The translations under genes were made by a program, and so were the position numbers. The notes under the pieces were generated by a model, which saw only the letters and a program-made list of their open reading frames with translations, searched no databases and was not told where the DNA came from. A DNA stretch of 64,000 nucleotides from NCBI GenBank assembly GCA_035270545.1, contig DATFIA010000304.1:1945-65944 (forward strand). Reading direction: 5' to 3'. This document shows, piece after piece, positions 19,389-29,740 of this stretch. Every line of letters starts with the position of its first letter. Positions within the stretch are counted from its first letter, which is position 1. Origin of the DNA: Treponemataceae bacterium (GTDB lineage Bacteria > Spirochaetota > Spirochaetia > Treponematales > Treponemataceae).

Positions 19389-19423
19389 GACCGTAAACTG
19401 TTTTGTTTACGGTCTTTTTTTTT
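19389..19423 (+). terminator. Rho-independent terminator
   Basis: GACCGTAAAC-TGTTTT-GTTTACGGTC followed by T9. Confidence 0.9.
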
Positions 19424-19451
19424 GCTTGCGGGTATGATATAGTAATTTACT

Positions 19452-21341
19452 ATGAATCTTTCCTTTCTTGCAGGAATACACTCTCCTTCAGATATTAGAA
19501 GTCTTACATCTTCTGAATTGAAAATGTTGTCAGCAGAAATTCGCAAAACAATCATTGAAGTTGTTGGGGCTAATGGTGGTCATCTTTCAAGTAATCTCGG
19601 AGTTGTTGAGCTCACTCTTGCTCTTCACCGAGTGTTTGACAGTCCTACCGACCAGTTTGTCTGGGATGTAGGGCATCAGTGTTATACACATAAGATGCTT
19701 ACTGGCAGATATGATCAATTTTCTACAATACGAAAAAAAGACGGTCTTTCAGGCTTTCCTAAACGAGAAGAAAGTCTGCACGATTCTTTCGATACCGGTC
19801 ACTCATCTACTTCAATTTCGGCAGCGTATGGCTTACTTACTGCAAAAAAACTTCAAGGTAAAAAAGGAAAAGTTATAGCCATCATTGGAGATGGTGCTCT
19901 TTCTGGTGGTATGGCTATTGAAGCGCTCTCCCATGCCGGGCAGGGTAATAATGATTTAATCGTTATATTAAATGATAATAAAATGTCTATTAGTCCTAAT
20001 ACGGGAGCTCTTTCAGAATATTTAAGCCGCTTGACTATGGGAGCTAATTATCAGCGTTTTAAGTATAAAATAGATCGTGCTGTTCGAATTGTTCCTTTTT
20101 TTGGTGATTTTATTGCAAAGTTTATTCATAGATTCAAAAGAGGACTAAAAGGTCTTTTATTCAAAGATAATCTTTTTGTAGATTTAGGATTTGAATATGT
20201 TGGGCCCCTCAATGGTCATAATATTGAAGAATTGGAAAAAGTTCTTCGAGACGTTCGCGCTATACATAGACCTGTTGTTGTTCACGTACTTACTAAAAAA
20301 GGTAAAGGTTACAGCTTAGCAGAAGATGATCCTTCAACTTTTCATGGAATTGGTCCTTTTTGTATAAGTGATGGAACCGTTGAAAAATTTCATACGACGA
20401 GTTTTACAGAAGCCTTTTCTAAGGCTTTGCTTGAAGAAGCAGCAAAAGATACGAGAATTGTAGCAATTACTGCTGCTATGTCAAAAGGTACCGGACTTGC
20501 GCCTTTTCAGCATAGATATGCTAATCGGTTTTTTGATGTAGGAATTGCTGAACAACATGCGGTAACTTTTTCTGGTGGTCTAGCTGCAGGTGGTCTTAAA
20601 CCGGTAGTGGCAATTTATAGTACTTTTATGCAGAGGGCGGTGGATCAGCTTATTCATGACGTGGCATTACAAAAACTACCTGTTATTTTTGCTTTAGACC
20701 GCGCTGGCGCTGTTCCTGATGACGGAGAAACACATCAGGGCTTGTACGATATTACTTTGTTTAGACCTGTTCCAGGTCTTTCTATTCTGTGTCCCGCATC
20801 CGCCTGTGAAATGAAATTAATGCTTTCCTGGGCTCTTGCTCAAGACTTGCCGGTAATGCTCAGATATCCGAAAGCAGCCTGTCCTACAGAGTTACCCGCA
20901 TTTTCTCTTCCTTTAGAAACTGGAAGAGGTGTTTTTACTCATCGAGATGACTCAGATCTTTTAATTATTTGTACAGGGGGCATGTATAGTGAAGTTCATG
21001 AGGCTGCAAATATTCTCGCTCGCTCAGGTTTCCCTGTAGATACTTACCTCCTTCGTTTTATCAAACCTATAGATGAGTCTTATATTGTAGATATTGTATC
21101 CTCTTATAGATGTATTATTTTAGTAGAAGACGGTGCAGAAACCGGCGGGATTGCAGCTGAAATCTCCAGTTTGATCCAACGTTTTCGCCCTGCGATCTTG
21201 ACTAAAGTTATGTCTTTTCCTGACTTATTTTATCCTCAAGGAAGTAGGGCGGAAATTTTAGCTTCCGCCGGTCTTTCTTCTGCTCATATTGCAGACGAGG
21301 CAGTTCGTCTTAGAAGTCTCGTTTCTGTTGGAACTTCATAA
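19452..21341 (+). CDS. dxs: 1-deoxy-D-xylulose-5-phosphate synthase
   Basis: [13 protein letters not shown]-binding [14 protein letters not shown] and IAEQHAV; 629 aa. Confidence 0.95.
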   Translation: MNLSFLAGIHSPSDIRSLTSSELKMLSAEIRKTIIEVVGANGGHLSSNLGVVELTLALHRVFDSPTDQFVWDVGHQCYTHKMLTGRYDQFSTIRKKDGLSGFPKREESLHDSFDTGHSSTSISAAYGLLTAKKLQGKKGKVIAIIGDGALSGGMAIEALSHAGQGNNDLIVILNDNKMSISPNTGALSEYLSRLTMGANYQRFKYKIDRAVRIVPFFGDFIAKFIHRFKRGLKGLLFKDNLFVDLGFEYVGPLNGHNIEELEKVLRDVRAIHRPVVVHVLTKKGKGYSLAEDDPSTFHGIGPFCISDGTVEKFHTTSFTEAFSKALLEEAAKDTRIVAITAAMSKGTGLAPFQHRYANRFFDVGIAEQHAVTFSGGLAAGGLKPVVAIYSTFMQRAVDQLIHDVALQKLPVIFALDRAGAVPDDGETHQGLYDITLFRPVPGLSILCPASACEMKLMLSWALAQDLPVMLRYPKAACPTELPAFSLPLETGRGVFTHRDDSDLLIICTGGMYSEVHEAANILARSGFPVDTYLLRFIKPIDESYIVDIVSSYRCIILVEDGAETGGIAAEISSLIQRFRPAILTKVMSFPDLFYPQGSRAEILASAGLSSAHIADEAVRLRSLVSVGTS

Positions 21342-22189
21342 TGTCATTAACGCTCCGTCTTAGTAGTAGTACAATTTCAACCTCTCTTCCTGCTTTTATC
21401 GTTGGGATTATTAACAGCACTCCAGATTCTTTTTGGGAAGATAGTCGTTTAATGAATGTCGATTCTGCCTTGGAAAAAGCATTGAAAATGGAAGAAGAGG
21501 GAGCTGATATTCTTGATATTGGAGGAGAATCGAGTAGGCCTGGCGCTAAGTATGTGAGCGAGCAAGAAGAACTAGATCGAGTGCTCCCTTTAATTGAAGC
21601 AATCCGTTCTCATTCATCAATTCCAATTTCTGTAGATACTCGCAAATCTTCGGTAATGGCTGCTGCTATACATTCTGGTGCTAATATCTGTAACGATATT
21701 TCTGCTATGGAAGATGATCCTTTGTTAGCAAATCTTCTGGCAGAATTTGGCTGTCCAGTGGTCCTTATGCATAAAAAAGGAACTCCCAGAACAATGCAGA
21801 AAGACCCTCTGTATACCGATGTAGTTACAGAAGTAGTGCAATATTTACACCTTCGCTCTCAGATAGCAGAAAAATCTGGAATAGACGCTGATCGTATTAT
21901 ATTAGATCCCGGTATTGGTTTTGGTAAGACATTGAATAATAATTGCTCTTTAATTGCCAATCTACATCAATTAGAATTATTGGGATATCCAGTTATGATG
22001 GCTGTGTCTAGAAAATCCTGTATTGGTGAAATTACTAAAAAGAATGTAGATTTAAGACTTGCAGGAACACTCAGTGTAAATTTACTAGCTGTTCAAAATG
22101 GAGCTACTTTTTTACGTGTACATGATGTGAGCGAAACTCATGATATGTTGAAAGTCCTACAGGAGATTTCTTATTATGGAATTCATTAA
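21341..22189 (+). CDS. folP: Dihydropteroate synthase
   Basis: GGESSRPGA and DPGIGFGK motifs. Start overlaps the dxs stop. Confidence 0.92.
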   Translation: MSLTLRLSSSTISTSLPAFIVGIINSTPDSFWEDSRLMNVDSALEKALKMEEEGADILDIGGESSRPGAKYVSEQEELDRVLPLIEAIRSHSSIPISVDTRKSSVMAAAIHSGANICNDISAMEDDPLLANLLAEFGCPVVLMHKKGTPRTMQKDPLYTDVVTEVVQYLHLRSQIAEKSGIDADRIILDPGIGFGKTLNNNCSLIANLHQLELLGYPVMMAVSRKSCIGEITKKNVDLRLAGTLSVNLLAVQNGATFLRVHDVSETHDMLKVLQEISYYGIH

Positions 22190-22985
22190 AAAAATTGGAA
22201 CAATTTACAGGACAATTCAACCCTTTCTTGATATTGCAGTTTTGGCAGTTCTTTTGTACATGGTTTATGGAATCCTTGTTAAAACACAAGCGGTACAACT
22301 ATTAAAAGGAGCTATTTCTCTTCTTGTTATTTATGCTCTCGCATTTATATTAAAACTTAATACTCTTCTTTGGTTATTAAATATTTTAGCTCCAGGTCTT
22401 TTGATTGGTGTTGCGATAGTATTTCAACCAGAATTGAGAAAAATATTTTTGAAAATTGGACAAAGTGATTGGTTTCGTCTTGGAAAGCGTTCTTCTCATA
22501 GTCATTTAGACTCTGTCTTAACAGCTGCAGAGATTCTTTCAAAACGAAGAAGAGGTATGCTTTCCGTTTTTATTCGAAGAAATAATTTAAAAGATATAAC
22601 TGAAACAGGAACCCGTTTACATGCAGAATTATCGTCAAGCTTACTTGTTACTATCTTTGGTCACGATACTCCTTTGCATGACGGAGCTGCAGTTATTCAG
22701 GGTGGTAGAATTATTGCTGCTGGTTGTTTTCTTCCTTTATCTGAGCAACAAGATATTCGCAAAACCTTTGGAACGAGACATCGTGCTGCTCTTGGTCTTG
22801 CAGAAGAAACAGATGCAGTTGTATTAATTGTATCCGAAGAAACAGGGGCCATAAGTCTTGCGTATGATTCTAAATTATACTATGACCTTACTTCTGCAGA
22901 AGTGACTCGACAGCTAGAAGAGTTGCTAGATCTTGGTGTTGATACATCAGAGGAAACTGGTAATGAACATTCAGAATTTGATTGA
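22176..22985 (+). CDS. cdaA: Diadenylate cyclase (c-di-AMP synthase), membrane-anchored
   Basis: Three N-terminal TM helices and a DAC domain with TPLHDGAAVI and GTRHRAALGLAEETDAVVLIVSEETG. Confidence 0.92.
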   Translation: MEFIKKIGTIYRTIQPFLDIAVLAVLLYMVYGILVKTQAVQLLKGAISLLVIYALAFILKLNTLLWLLNILAPGLLIGVAIVFQPELRKIFLKIGQSDWFRLGKRSSHSHLDSVLTAAEILSKRRRGMLSVFIRRNNLKDITETGTRLHAELSSSLLVTIFGHDTPLHDGAAVIQGGRIIAAGCFLPLSEQQDIRKTFGTRHRAALGLAEETDAVVLIVSEETGAISLAYDSKLYYDLTSAEVTRQLEELLDLGVDTSEETGNEHSEFD

Positions 22986-23910
22986 TAAGACAATAGAAAA
23001 TTGGCCGGCAAAAATAATTTGTCTAACCTTGGCCCTTCTCTTATTTTTATTTTATAGAATGAGCACGCTTGAAGAACGTTTTTTTTCATCTCCACTTGAG
23101 ATTGAAAATAGTGGAACCATGGTACCTGCATCCTTATACCCTCGCATGATTAAAATTAGTCTTAGGGGCGAAATGGATAGTATTTACCCTATTCAAGAAA
23201 GTGATGTTGGGGTGTTTCTAGATCTATCTAGCATAACTAAAGAAGGGGAATATCGACTACCGGTACAAATTCGTTTGCAAGGAACAGCTATTGGTATAGA
23301 TCCTTTAGAAGTTTCCGTTGATCCCTCTCAAATTACTTTACGTGTTGAACATCGATTGGTAAAAAAAGTTGCTGTAACACCCTCCTTTAAAGGTTATCCC
23401 GAGGCAGGGTTTGAATTTAATGGATACACAGTTCGACCTTCTGTTTTAGAACTTGATGGACCTCGTTCTGCAATAGAAAAAATTTCAGAGTTAACTACTG
23501 AATTTGTAGATTTGACAGGCTTAAATGAATCTTTTGAAGGCATTGTTTCTGTACTAAATAAGAATATGCTTATTTCTATTTCCGGCGATGGTAAAATTAA
23601 TTATAAAGTTACAATAAATAAAACTACCCTCATAAAAAATTTCGAAGAAGTACCGTTTTATTTTGAAAATCTCGATCCAGATTTAGAAATTGATACAGAT
23701 ATTGGAACTGGTTCAATCCAAATAAAAGGTACGCAAAATGAACTTGAAAACTGGACTCTCCCTGAAAATACACTTACTATTTTATGTGAAAATGTAAAAG
23801 ATCCTGGTGAATATAGTTTGCCAGTTCATGCTATTGTGCCTGCTCCGTTTGAAGTTTTAGCAAACTCTCCAAACGAAATTCAAATATCCATTCGAAGGAG
23901 GGACAATTGA
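22963..23910 (+). CDS. cdaR: YbbR-domain protein (CdaR-like regulator of CdaA)
   Basis: N-terminal TM followed by repeated YbbR-like beta modules; position immediately after cdaA. Start at MNIQNL. Confidence 0.75.
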   Translation: MNIQNLIDKTIENWPAKIICLTLALLLFLFYRMSTLEERFFSSPLEIENSGTMVPASLYPRMIKISLRGEMDSIYPIQESDVGVFLDLSSITKEGEYRLPVQIRLQGTAIGIDPLEVSVDPSQITLRVEHRLVKKVAVTPSFKGYPEAGFEFNGYTVRPSVLELDGPRSAIEKISELTTEFVDLTGLNESFEGIVSVLNKNMLISISGDGKINYKVTINKTTLIKNFEEVPFYFENLDPDLEIDTDIGTGSIQIKGTQNELENWTLPENTLTILCENVKDPGEYSLPVHAIVPAPFEVLANSPNEIQISIRRRDN

Positions 23911-24302
23911 TAGTAGGAATTGGTCTAGATGTTGTACATGTAAGACGTCTTGAACGTTGGCAAAAAATACCGGGTTTGTATGAAAGATATTTTCATCCAG
24001 AAGAACTTGCAACTGCTTTAAGTCGCGGAAGCGGCGCAATCCTTTCTCTTGCCGCTCGATTTGCTGCCAAAGAAGCTTTTGGAAAAGCAATAGGTACCGG
24101 TTTAAGCGGTATTACTTTAAAGAATATTCTTGTTTTGAATAACCACAATGGAAAACCATGTATGAAATTATTTGGAAATGCTCTTGCCGCTTTCGAAAAA
24201 GCTGGCGGTGAACAGTTGCATTTAAGTCTTACGCATGAGCGCGACAATGCTCTCGCCATGGTCGTAATAGAAGGAGTCCCTCTTGTCGAAATTGAAAGAT
24301 AA
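23907..24302 (+). CDS. acpS: Holo-[acyl-carrier-protein] synthase
   Basis: MIVGIGLDVV start and FAAKEAFGKA motif; 131 aa. Confidence 0.9.
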   Translation: MIVGIGLDVVHVRRLERWQKIPGLYERYFHPEELATALSRGSGAILSLAARFAAKEAFGKAIGTGLSGITLKNILVLNNHNGKPCMKLFGNALAAFEKAGGEQLHLSLTHERDNALAMVVIEGVPLVEIER

Positions 24303-25173
24303 AGTTCCATCTATCAGTTTTTATTCAAAAGAACAAACACAATGCCCTATATGTAATGCTAAATTTAAGCAAGAAAAATTGATGTCGGGGGGAGGGCGAA
24401 TGATAGCTGGGTCTTTGACAGATGAGCTTCGTCGTCTCTTTGAACCATCCGCAAGGTTCGGTGAAATTTATCCTCTTATTTATACTATTATTGTTTGTCC
24501 GAAATGTTACTATGCAGCATTTCTACAAGATTTTAGCATACTCGATAAAGAAAGCCTCAATAAAATATATGAAAATATGCAAGATAGGTATGAATCAGTT
24601 AAACTACTTTTTTCTAAAATAGACTTTACGATAGCAAGAACATTAAATGAAGGAGCTGCTTCGTATTATCTGGCTCTTTTATGTTATGAGCTGGTAGATA
24701 CAAAATATTCTCCTACAATAAAGCAAGGCCTTTGTTCTCTTCGAGCTGCATGGCTTTTTCATGATCTTGGGTTAAAATATCCTGAGGAAAATTTTACCTA
24801 TATTTCAGATTTGCTTTATCGTAAGTCTTTATTCTTTTACAGACGTGCTGTAGAGTTAGAAACTTCCGGACAAGAAATGATAGCAAATTTGAAATCATTT
24901 GGACCAGATCTTGATAAAAACTATGGATTCGATGGAGTTTTGTATATTGCGGCCTTACTAGAAGTTAAATATGGTTCGCGAGTTGATCCTGCCAAACGGC
25001 AAGAATTATTAACCTATCACCGGCGATCACTTGCAAAAATGTTTGGTCTTGGTAAATCTTCAAAAAATAAACCAGGACCATTACTGGAACATGCAAGAAA
25101 TTTGTATGACACAATTGTTGTTGAATTAAATGAATCTGGGGATGATGAAAGTGATGACGACGGAAATCAGTGA
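24283..25173 (+). CDS. DUF2225-domain protein (zinc ribbon plus helical domain)
   Basis: CPICNAKF ... CPKCYYAAF cysteine pairs with the spacing typical of DUF2225; acidic C-terminal tail. Confidence 0.75.
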   Translation: MSKLKDKVPSISFYSKEQTQCPICNAKFKQEKLMSGGGRMIAGSLTDELRRLFEPSARFGEIYPLIYTIIVCPKCYYAAFLQDFSILDKESLNKIYENMQDRYESVKLLFSKIDFTIARTLNEGAASYYLALLCYELVDTKYSPTIKQGLCSLRAAWLFHDLGLKYPEENFTYISDLLYRKSLFFYRRAVELETSGQEMIANLKSFGPDLDKNYGFDGVLYIAALLEVKYGSRVDPAKRQELLTYHRRSLAKMFGLGKSSKNKPGPLLEHARNLYDTIVVELNESGDDESDDDGNQ

Positions 25174-25927
25174 ACAAAGAAATATACGTCTTTGTCTTTC
25201 GTATGACGGTTCAAGATTCCTTGGATGGCAAAAACAAAATACACTAGCTACTGGTAAAGGCCGGACGGTTCAAGAAGAAATTGAGCGTGCCTTAAAAAAA
25301 ATGCATGGGCAAGATATTCAACTTATTGGATCTGGTAGAACAGATTCTGGAGTTCATGCTGCAGGCCAGATTGCAAATTTTTATACTACTATTCAAAGTA
25401 TTCCCGCTAAAAGTTTTGTACCAGCCCTTAATTCTATTCTTTCTAAAGATATTCGAGTTTTAGATTCAGTTGAGGTTTCTTCTTCTTTCCATTCACGCTT
25501 TGATGCTCGCTCACGAACCTACAGATATTTTTTATACTGTGGTAATAGTCCCTTTGCCCATCAAATGCCATATATGTGGCATATCGGTAGATGGCCAGAT
25601 ATTCAAAAGCTGAACAACATGGCTTCTTTCCTCATGGGGGAAATAGATTGTTCGGCATTTACTGCGACAGGTGATCAAAGTAAGTCACGTATGAGATATC
25701 TCTACGGAGCTCATTTTTTTTACGAGGGAGAATATCTCATTTTTGAAATAACAGCAAATGCTTTTTTATGGAAAATGGTGCGTTCTATAATTGGTACTCT
25801 GATAGATCTTGAACGTCGAGGAAGGTCAATTGATGAATTTAAACTCATTCTTGAATCGAAAGAGCGCAAAAGAGCGGGACCAACAGCACCAGGGGACGGA
25901 CTTTTCTTATGGAGTGTTCGATATTGA
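25145..25927 (+). CDS. truA: tRNA pseudouridine(38-40) synthase
   Basis: YDGSRFLGWQKQ and GSGRTDSGVHA catalytic Asp motif. Exact start uncertain (25130, 25145 or 25154). Confidence 0.9.
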   Translation: MKVMTTEISEQRNIRLCLSYDGSRFLGWQKQNTLATGKGRTVQEEIERALKKMHGQDIQLIGSGRTDSGVHAAGQIANFYTTIQSIPAKSFVPALNSILSKDIRVLDSVEVSSSFHSRFDARSRTYRYFLYCGNSPFAHQMPYMWHIGRWPDIQKLNNMASFLMGEIDCSAFTATGDQSKSRMRYLYGAHFFYEGEYLIFEITANAFLWKMVRSIIGTLIDLERRGRSIDEFKLILESKERKRAGPTAPGDGLFLWSVRY

Positions 25928-25938
25928 TACTGTTAAAG

Positions 25939-27915
25939 TTAAAGTAAACTAGCTGGATCTACATCGATTTCAATATAAATTCCCGAAAGAGGTTTATATG
26001 AAGTTTGAAAAGTTCTTACAGCCTGTATCATTTTCATAAGGTTTGTTCCTCGCACAATTATATGATACCTATAATTACCGGAAACCATAGCAAGAGGACA
26101 TTCTGCTGGCCCCATTAGGTCTGCATCTGTAGCAATGAGTTCTGTTAAGATTTTTGCTGCGCCTTCTGCGCCTTTTTCAGCAATTGCAGCTGTTTTGCTT
26201 CGAAATACAAGACGTATAAGCCTTGTAAATGGCGGAAAACCAAGTGATGAGCGATTTTTGAGTTCCCATGTATAAAAACCCTCCACATCTGCAGTGCTCG
26301 CATAGACTATAGCTGGATTTCGAGGACTCCATGTTTGAATAAGCACTCTTCCGTCAGGAAAAAAACGACCAGCTCTACCTGCTACTTGTACAATTAAAGA
26401 GAAGGTTCTCTCAGAAGCTCGGAAATCTGGCATATGCAAACCCGTATCTGCAAGTACAATTCCAACAAGGCGAACTCCGGGAAAATTAAGTCCTTTCGCA
26501 ATCATTTGGGTGCCAAGAAGAATATCTGTATTTCCATGACGAAAGTCGTTTAATGCTTCTTGTAATTCCCCTTTTTTTGTCAGAGAATCTGTATCTATCC
26601 TTTTTACTGAAAAATTAGGAAAAGTTCTTTTAACTTCATCTTCAATGAATTCTGTTCCAAAACCGGCATATCCAATATCAAGAGAAAAACAAGAAGGACA
26701 TTCACGCGGGGGCTTGAGTTGCGAGCCACAGTAATGACATTTCATTACTCCTTGTTTTTTATGCCAGGTCATAGGTACAGAGCAGTTTTTGCATTTCAAT
26801 TCAAAACCACAGGTGTTACACCGAAAAAAGTGAGTGAATCCTCGTCTGTTCAAAAACAAAATTGACTGTCGCCCTGATTCTTTTGATTCTCGAATTTCTT
26901 GAATTAGCGTATCCGAAAGAGCTCCTTGTGTGCCTCCGAGATTAACAATTCTAATTTCTGGAATATCGCCACCTGAAAGTCTTTGCGTTAATTGAAAGGT
27001 GCGTATACTGCCTGATTTCATTTGATACCAAGCTTCTAAGGAAGGAGTCGCGCTTCCCATAACGAGTGGACATTTTGCTTGAGCACAGCGGTGCATAGCA
27101 ACTTGCCTAGCATGGTAGCGAGGAGTTGTTCCAGATTTATATGAACTGTCATGTTCTTCATCAATTATAATGAGCCCAACGTGTTCAAGAGGTGCAAAAA
27201 CGGCACTTCTGGCCCCTACTACTATCGTTGCTTCCCCGCGCTTAATTCTCATCCATTCAGCGAGTTTTTTGCTACCTGTAAGTCCTGAATGAAGTACTGC
27301 AGCCTTACTTCCAAAGCGACTTACTACCGACTCTATTACTTGATGTGTTAATGCAATTTCAGGTACGAGGTATATAATTCCGAGTCCTCTTTCAAGAATT
27401 TTTTCTGCTGCTTGTAAAAAAACTTCTGTTTTACCCGTTCCTGTTAATCCAAAAAGATATGCTGGAGACTGAACAGAAGAGTCAATGATTCCTTCTACAG
27501 CAGATTTTTGTTCCATAGATAATTCTACCGGTTTTGTGGCAAACTCGTCGTTTTCAAAAGAGAGACCAGCTTCAGAGCTTTCTCTTTTTCCAGAAGGAAT
27601 CATAGCACCAAGTGCTTCTCCTTCTGAGCAAAGATAAAACGCAGCTATCCAGCGAGCAAGGGCTATCTCGTTTTGTCCATACAAAGGTTCTTTATCTACT
27701 ACACGAAGTATAGGTTTTATGGCTTCTGCTGAAAGGGGGAAGTCCGAGGGTAGTTTTTCTAGATCTGCAACAACAAAACCTATCATTGTTCGAGATCCAA
27801 AACGCACTTCTACTCTTCGCCCTGTTAAGATTTCCTTTTCACAGGTATCAAGCTTTCGATACGTAAAAGATTGGTACACGGGAACATTAAGAACTACTTC
27901 AATCCAACCAGACAT
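25939..27915 (-). CDS. priA: Primosomal protein N' (replication restart helicase)
   Basis: Walker A GLTGTGKTEV, DEEHD box and a Cys-rich zinc insertion (CNTCGF..CKNCS..CHYCG). Confidence 0.93.
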   Translation of the reverse strand: MSGWIEVVLNVPVYQSFTYRKLDTCEKEILTGRRVEVRFGSRTMIGFVVADLEKLPSDFPLSAEAIKPILRVVDKEPLYGQNEIALARWIAAFYLCSEGEALGAMIPSGKRESSEAGLSFENDEFATKPVELSMEQKSAVEGIIDSSVQSPAYLFGLTGTGKTEVFLQAAEKILERGLGIIYLVPEIALTHQVIESVVSRFGSKAAVLHSGLTGSKKLAEWMRIKRGEATIVVGARSAVFAPLEHVGLIIIDEEHDSSYKSGTTPRYHARQVAMHRCAQAKCPLVMGSATPSLEAWYQMKSGSIRTFQLTQRLSGGDIPEIRIVNLGGTQGALSDTLIQEIRESKESGRQSILFLNRRGFTHFFRCNTCGFELKCKNCSVPMTWHKKQGVMKCHYCGSQLKPPRECPSCFSLDIGYAGFGTEFIEDEVKRTFPNFSVKRIDTDSLTKKGELQEALNDFRHGNTDILLGTQMIAKGLNFPGVRLVGIVLADTGLHMPDFRASERTFSLIVQVAGRAGRFFPDGRVLIQTWSPRNPAIVYASTADVEGFYTWELKNRSSLGFPPFTRLIRLVFRSKTAAIAEKGAEGAAKILTELIATDADLMGPAECPLAMVSGNYRYHIIVRGTNLMKMIQAVRTFQTSYKPLSGIYIEIDVDPASLL

Positions 27916-28403
27916 TATATTTCCTCGGCAAGGAACCGGTTGAGCTGAGTCTTAAAAAACTTTAAATCTTCCCAGACGGGACGCTTAAGTTCAGAATTCT
28001 GCAAGATTTTCTCTGGGTTTTCTATAGCAAAAAGAGGAATTCCGTGAAAATTAACAAAAGTTGTGTTTTTAATATCAAAAAGATTAAAATTCTTACCCAA
28101 CAAAAGAATTGTATACGGATGATTTTTTAGAATTTCTTCTTCTAAGAATTTTAAGCTCACTGTTTCCGTATATATTAAGACACAGTTTTTTGAAGGTTCT
28201 AAATCTATAGCACAAAGCATTTTGGTTAATAATGAGTTCGCTTCGGTTGTTAGAGGGTTTCCTATAATGAGAACTGGAATGGTGGGTTTTCCGCTAGGAG
28301 AATCGAAGAATTCAGGTATTTTTTCTTGGCTTCGATATCCTGAAATCCACCCTTGGGCAGTTGATAAAAATTGAAATAAATCTGCTTTTTCTGTTGCTGT
28401 CAT
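27915..28403 (-). CDS. Hypothetical protein with degenerate uracil-DNA-glycosylase-like / HolD-like pattern
   Basis: PVLIIGNPLTTEANSLLTKMLCAIDLEPSKNCVLI resembles UDG family-4 motif A and the following helix, but without the catalytic residues. Stop overlaps the priA start (TAATG). Confidence 0.5.
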   Translation of the reverse strand: MTATEKADLFQFLSTAQGWISGYRSQEKIPEFFDSPSGKPTIPVLIIGNPLTTEANSLLTKMLCAIDLEPSKNCVLIYTETVSLKFLEEEILKNHPYTILLLGKNFNLFDIKNTTFVNFHGIPLFAIENPEKILQNSELKRPVWEDLKFFKTQLNRFLAEEI

Positions 28404-28446
28404 GTTTTTATACTATACCATTGAATTCCCTCGAGGTTCAATAATA

Positions 28447-28455
28447 TGCTATAAT
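28447..28455 (+). promoter_or_regulatory. Extended -10 element TGCTATAAT
   Basis: Lies about 50 nt upstream of the glycosyltransferase ATG 28508. No good -35. Confidence 0.4.
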
Positions 28456-28507
28456 GACTTAACGATTCTGCTCTGCGTAAGGCAAAAATATTTTTGAGGT
28501 TTAATGA

Positions 28508-29740
28508 ATGAAAATTGTTATGTTTACAGATGCGTATTGGCCGCGGGTTAATGGTGTGACAGTTTCTGTAGATTCTTTTTCGAGAGAGCTTATTAAAAGA
28601 GGCCATAAAGTAGTTATTGTGTGTTCATTTTATCCTGAATCACAAGCTGTAGAGCGAATGTCTACACCAATTATGGATAAACGTGATACCGAAATGGATC
28701 CCATTGTTATTAGAGTTCCCTCCTATCAATTACCTATTTCCAAGGAAGATAGACTCGCAAAGTTTCATAAATGGTTTTGGGTATCGAAACAATTAAATGC
28801 ATTTAATCCTGATATAATTCATGTGAATTCCGAGTTTGTAATAGGTGAATTTGGGTTTTATTATGGTATGTTATATAATATTCCTTCAATTTATACGTTT
28901 CACACATTATGGGAAGATTATATCATAAACTATATTCCCTACGCACCAGAGTTTATGCTTCGCTTTATTGCTCGTCGAGTTATTAAAAAAATGGCAAAAA
29001 GATCCGATGCTGTTATTGCGCCAAGTCAGGAAATTCTTGATGTTCTCAAAAGATATAAAGTAAAAAATACATCATATCTTTTACCAACAGGGATAGATCC
29101 TCTCTTTTTTCAAAGTGAACCATCCGATGTTGTTGAATTTAGGCAAAAACTAGAAATTAAATTTCCTGCTCTTAAGGGTAGGAGAATTTTACTTTTTGCA
29201 GGCAGGATTGGTAAAGAAAAAAACCTTTCTTTCTTACTTACTATTATGCCAGAAATAGTAAAAAGGGTACCTGATTCTATATTATTAATTGCAGGAAATG
29301 GACCCGATTTAAACCTTTTTATAGAAGAAGCAAAAGAAAAAGGAATAGCAGAAAATTGTGTTTTTTCAGGATATCTTGATCGTAAAGATTTAGCTCTTGT
29401 ATATGCAATGTCGGAAATTTTTGTCTTTCCATCTATCACAGAGACCCAAGGTCTTGTAACGATAGAGGCTATGTTATCTGGAACACCTGTAGTGGCAATT
29501 GGTGAAATGGGAACATTAACAGTGATGGGCGGAGATAACGGTGGCTTTATGGTAAAAAATGACCCGAAAGAGTTTACAATGCGTGTATTAGAGTTATTGG
29601 AAAACCCTAAACTGTATAAGGAAAAAGTTGCAGAAACAGCTATTCATGCTCAATCTTGGACAATCGGTACTATGACAGAAAGGCTTGAAAATATTTATAT
29701 TAAAACAATTGAAGCTCGCAATGTGGGAAAGAAAGTATGA
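28508..29740 (+). CDS. GT4-family glycosyltransferase (diacylglycerol glycosyltransferase-like)
   Basis: MKIVMFTDAYWPRVNGV N-terminus and an E-x7-E region ETQGLVTIEAMLSGTPVV. Confidence 0.85.
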   Translation: MKIVMFTDAYWPRVNGVTVSVDSFSRELIKRGHKVVIVCSFYPESQAVERMSTPIMDKRDTEMDPIVIRVPSYQLPISKEDRLAKFHKWFWVSKQLNAFNPDIIHVNSEFVIGEFGFYYGMLYNIPSIYTFHTLWEDYIINYIPYAPEFMLRFIARRVIKKMAKRSDAVIAPSQEILDVLKRYKVKNTSYLLPTGIDPLFFQSEPSDVVEFRQKLEIKFPALKGRRILLFAGRIGKEKNLSFLLTIMPEIVKRVPDSILLIAGNGPDLNLFIEEAKEKGIAENCVFSGYLDRKDLALVYAMSEIFVFPSITETQGLVTIEAMLSGTPVVAIGEMGTLTVMGGDNGGFMVKNDPKEFTMRVLELLENPKLYKEKVAETAIHAQSWTIGTMTERLENIYIKTIEARNVGKKV

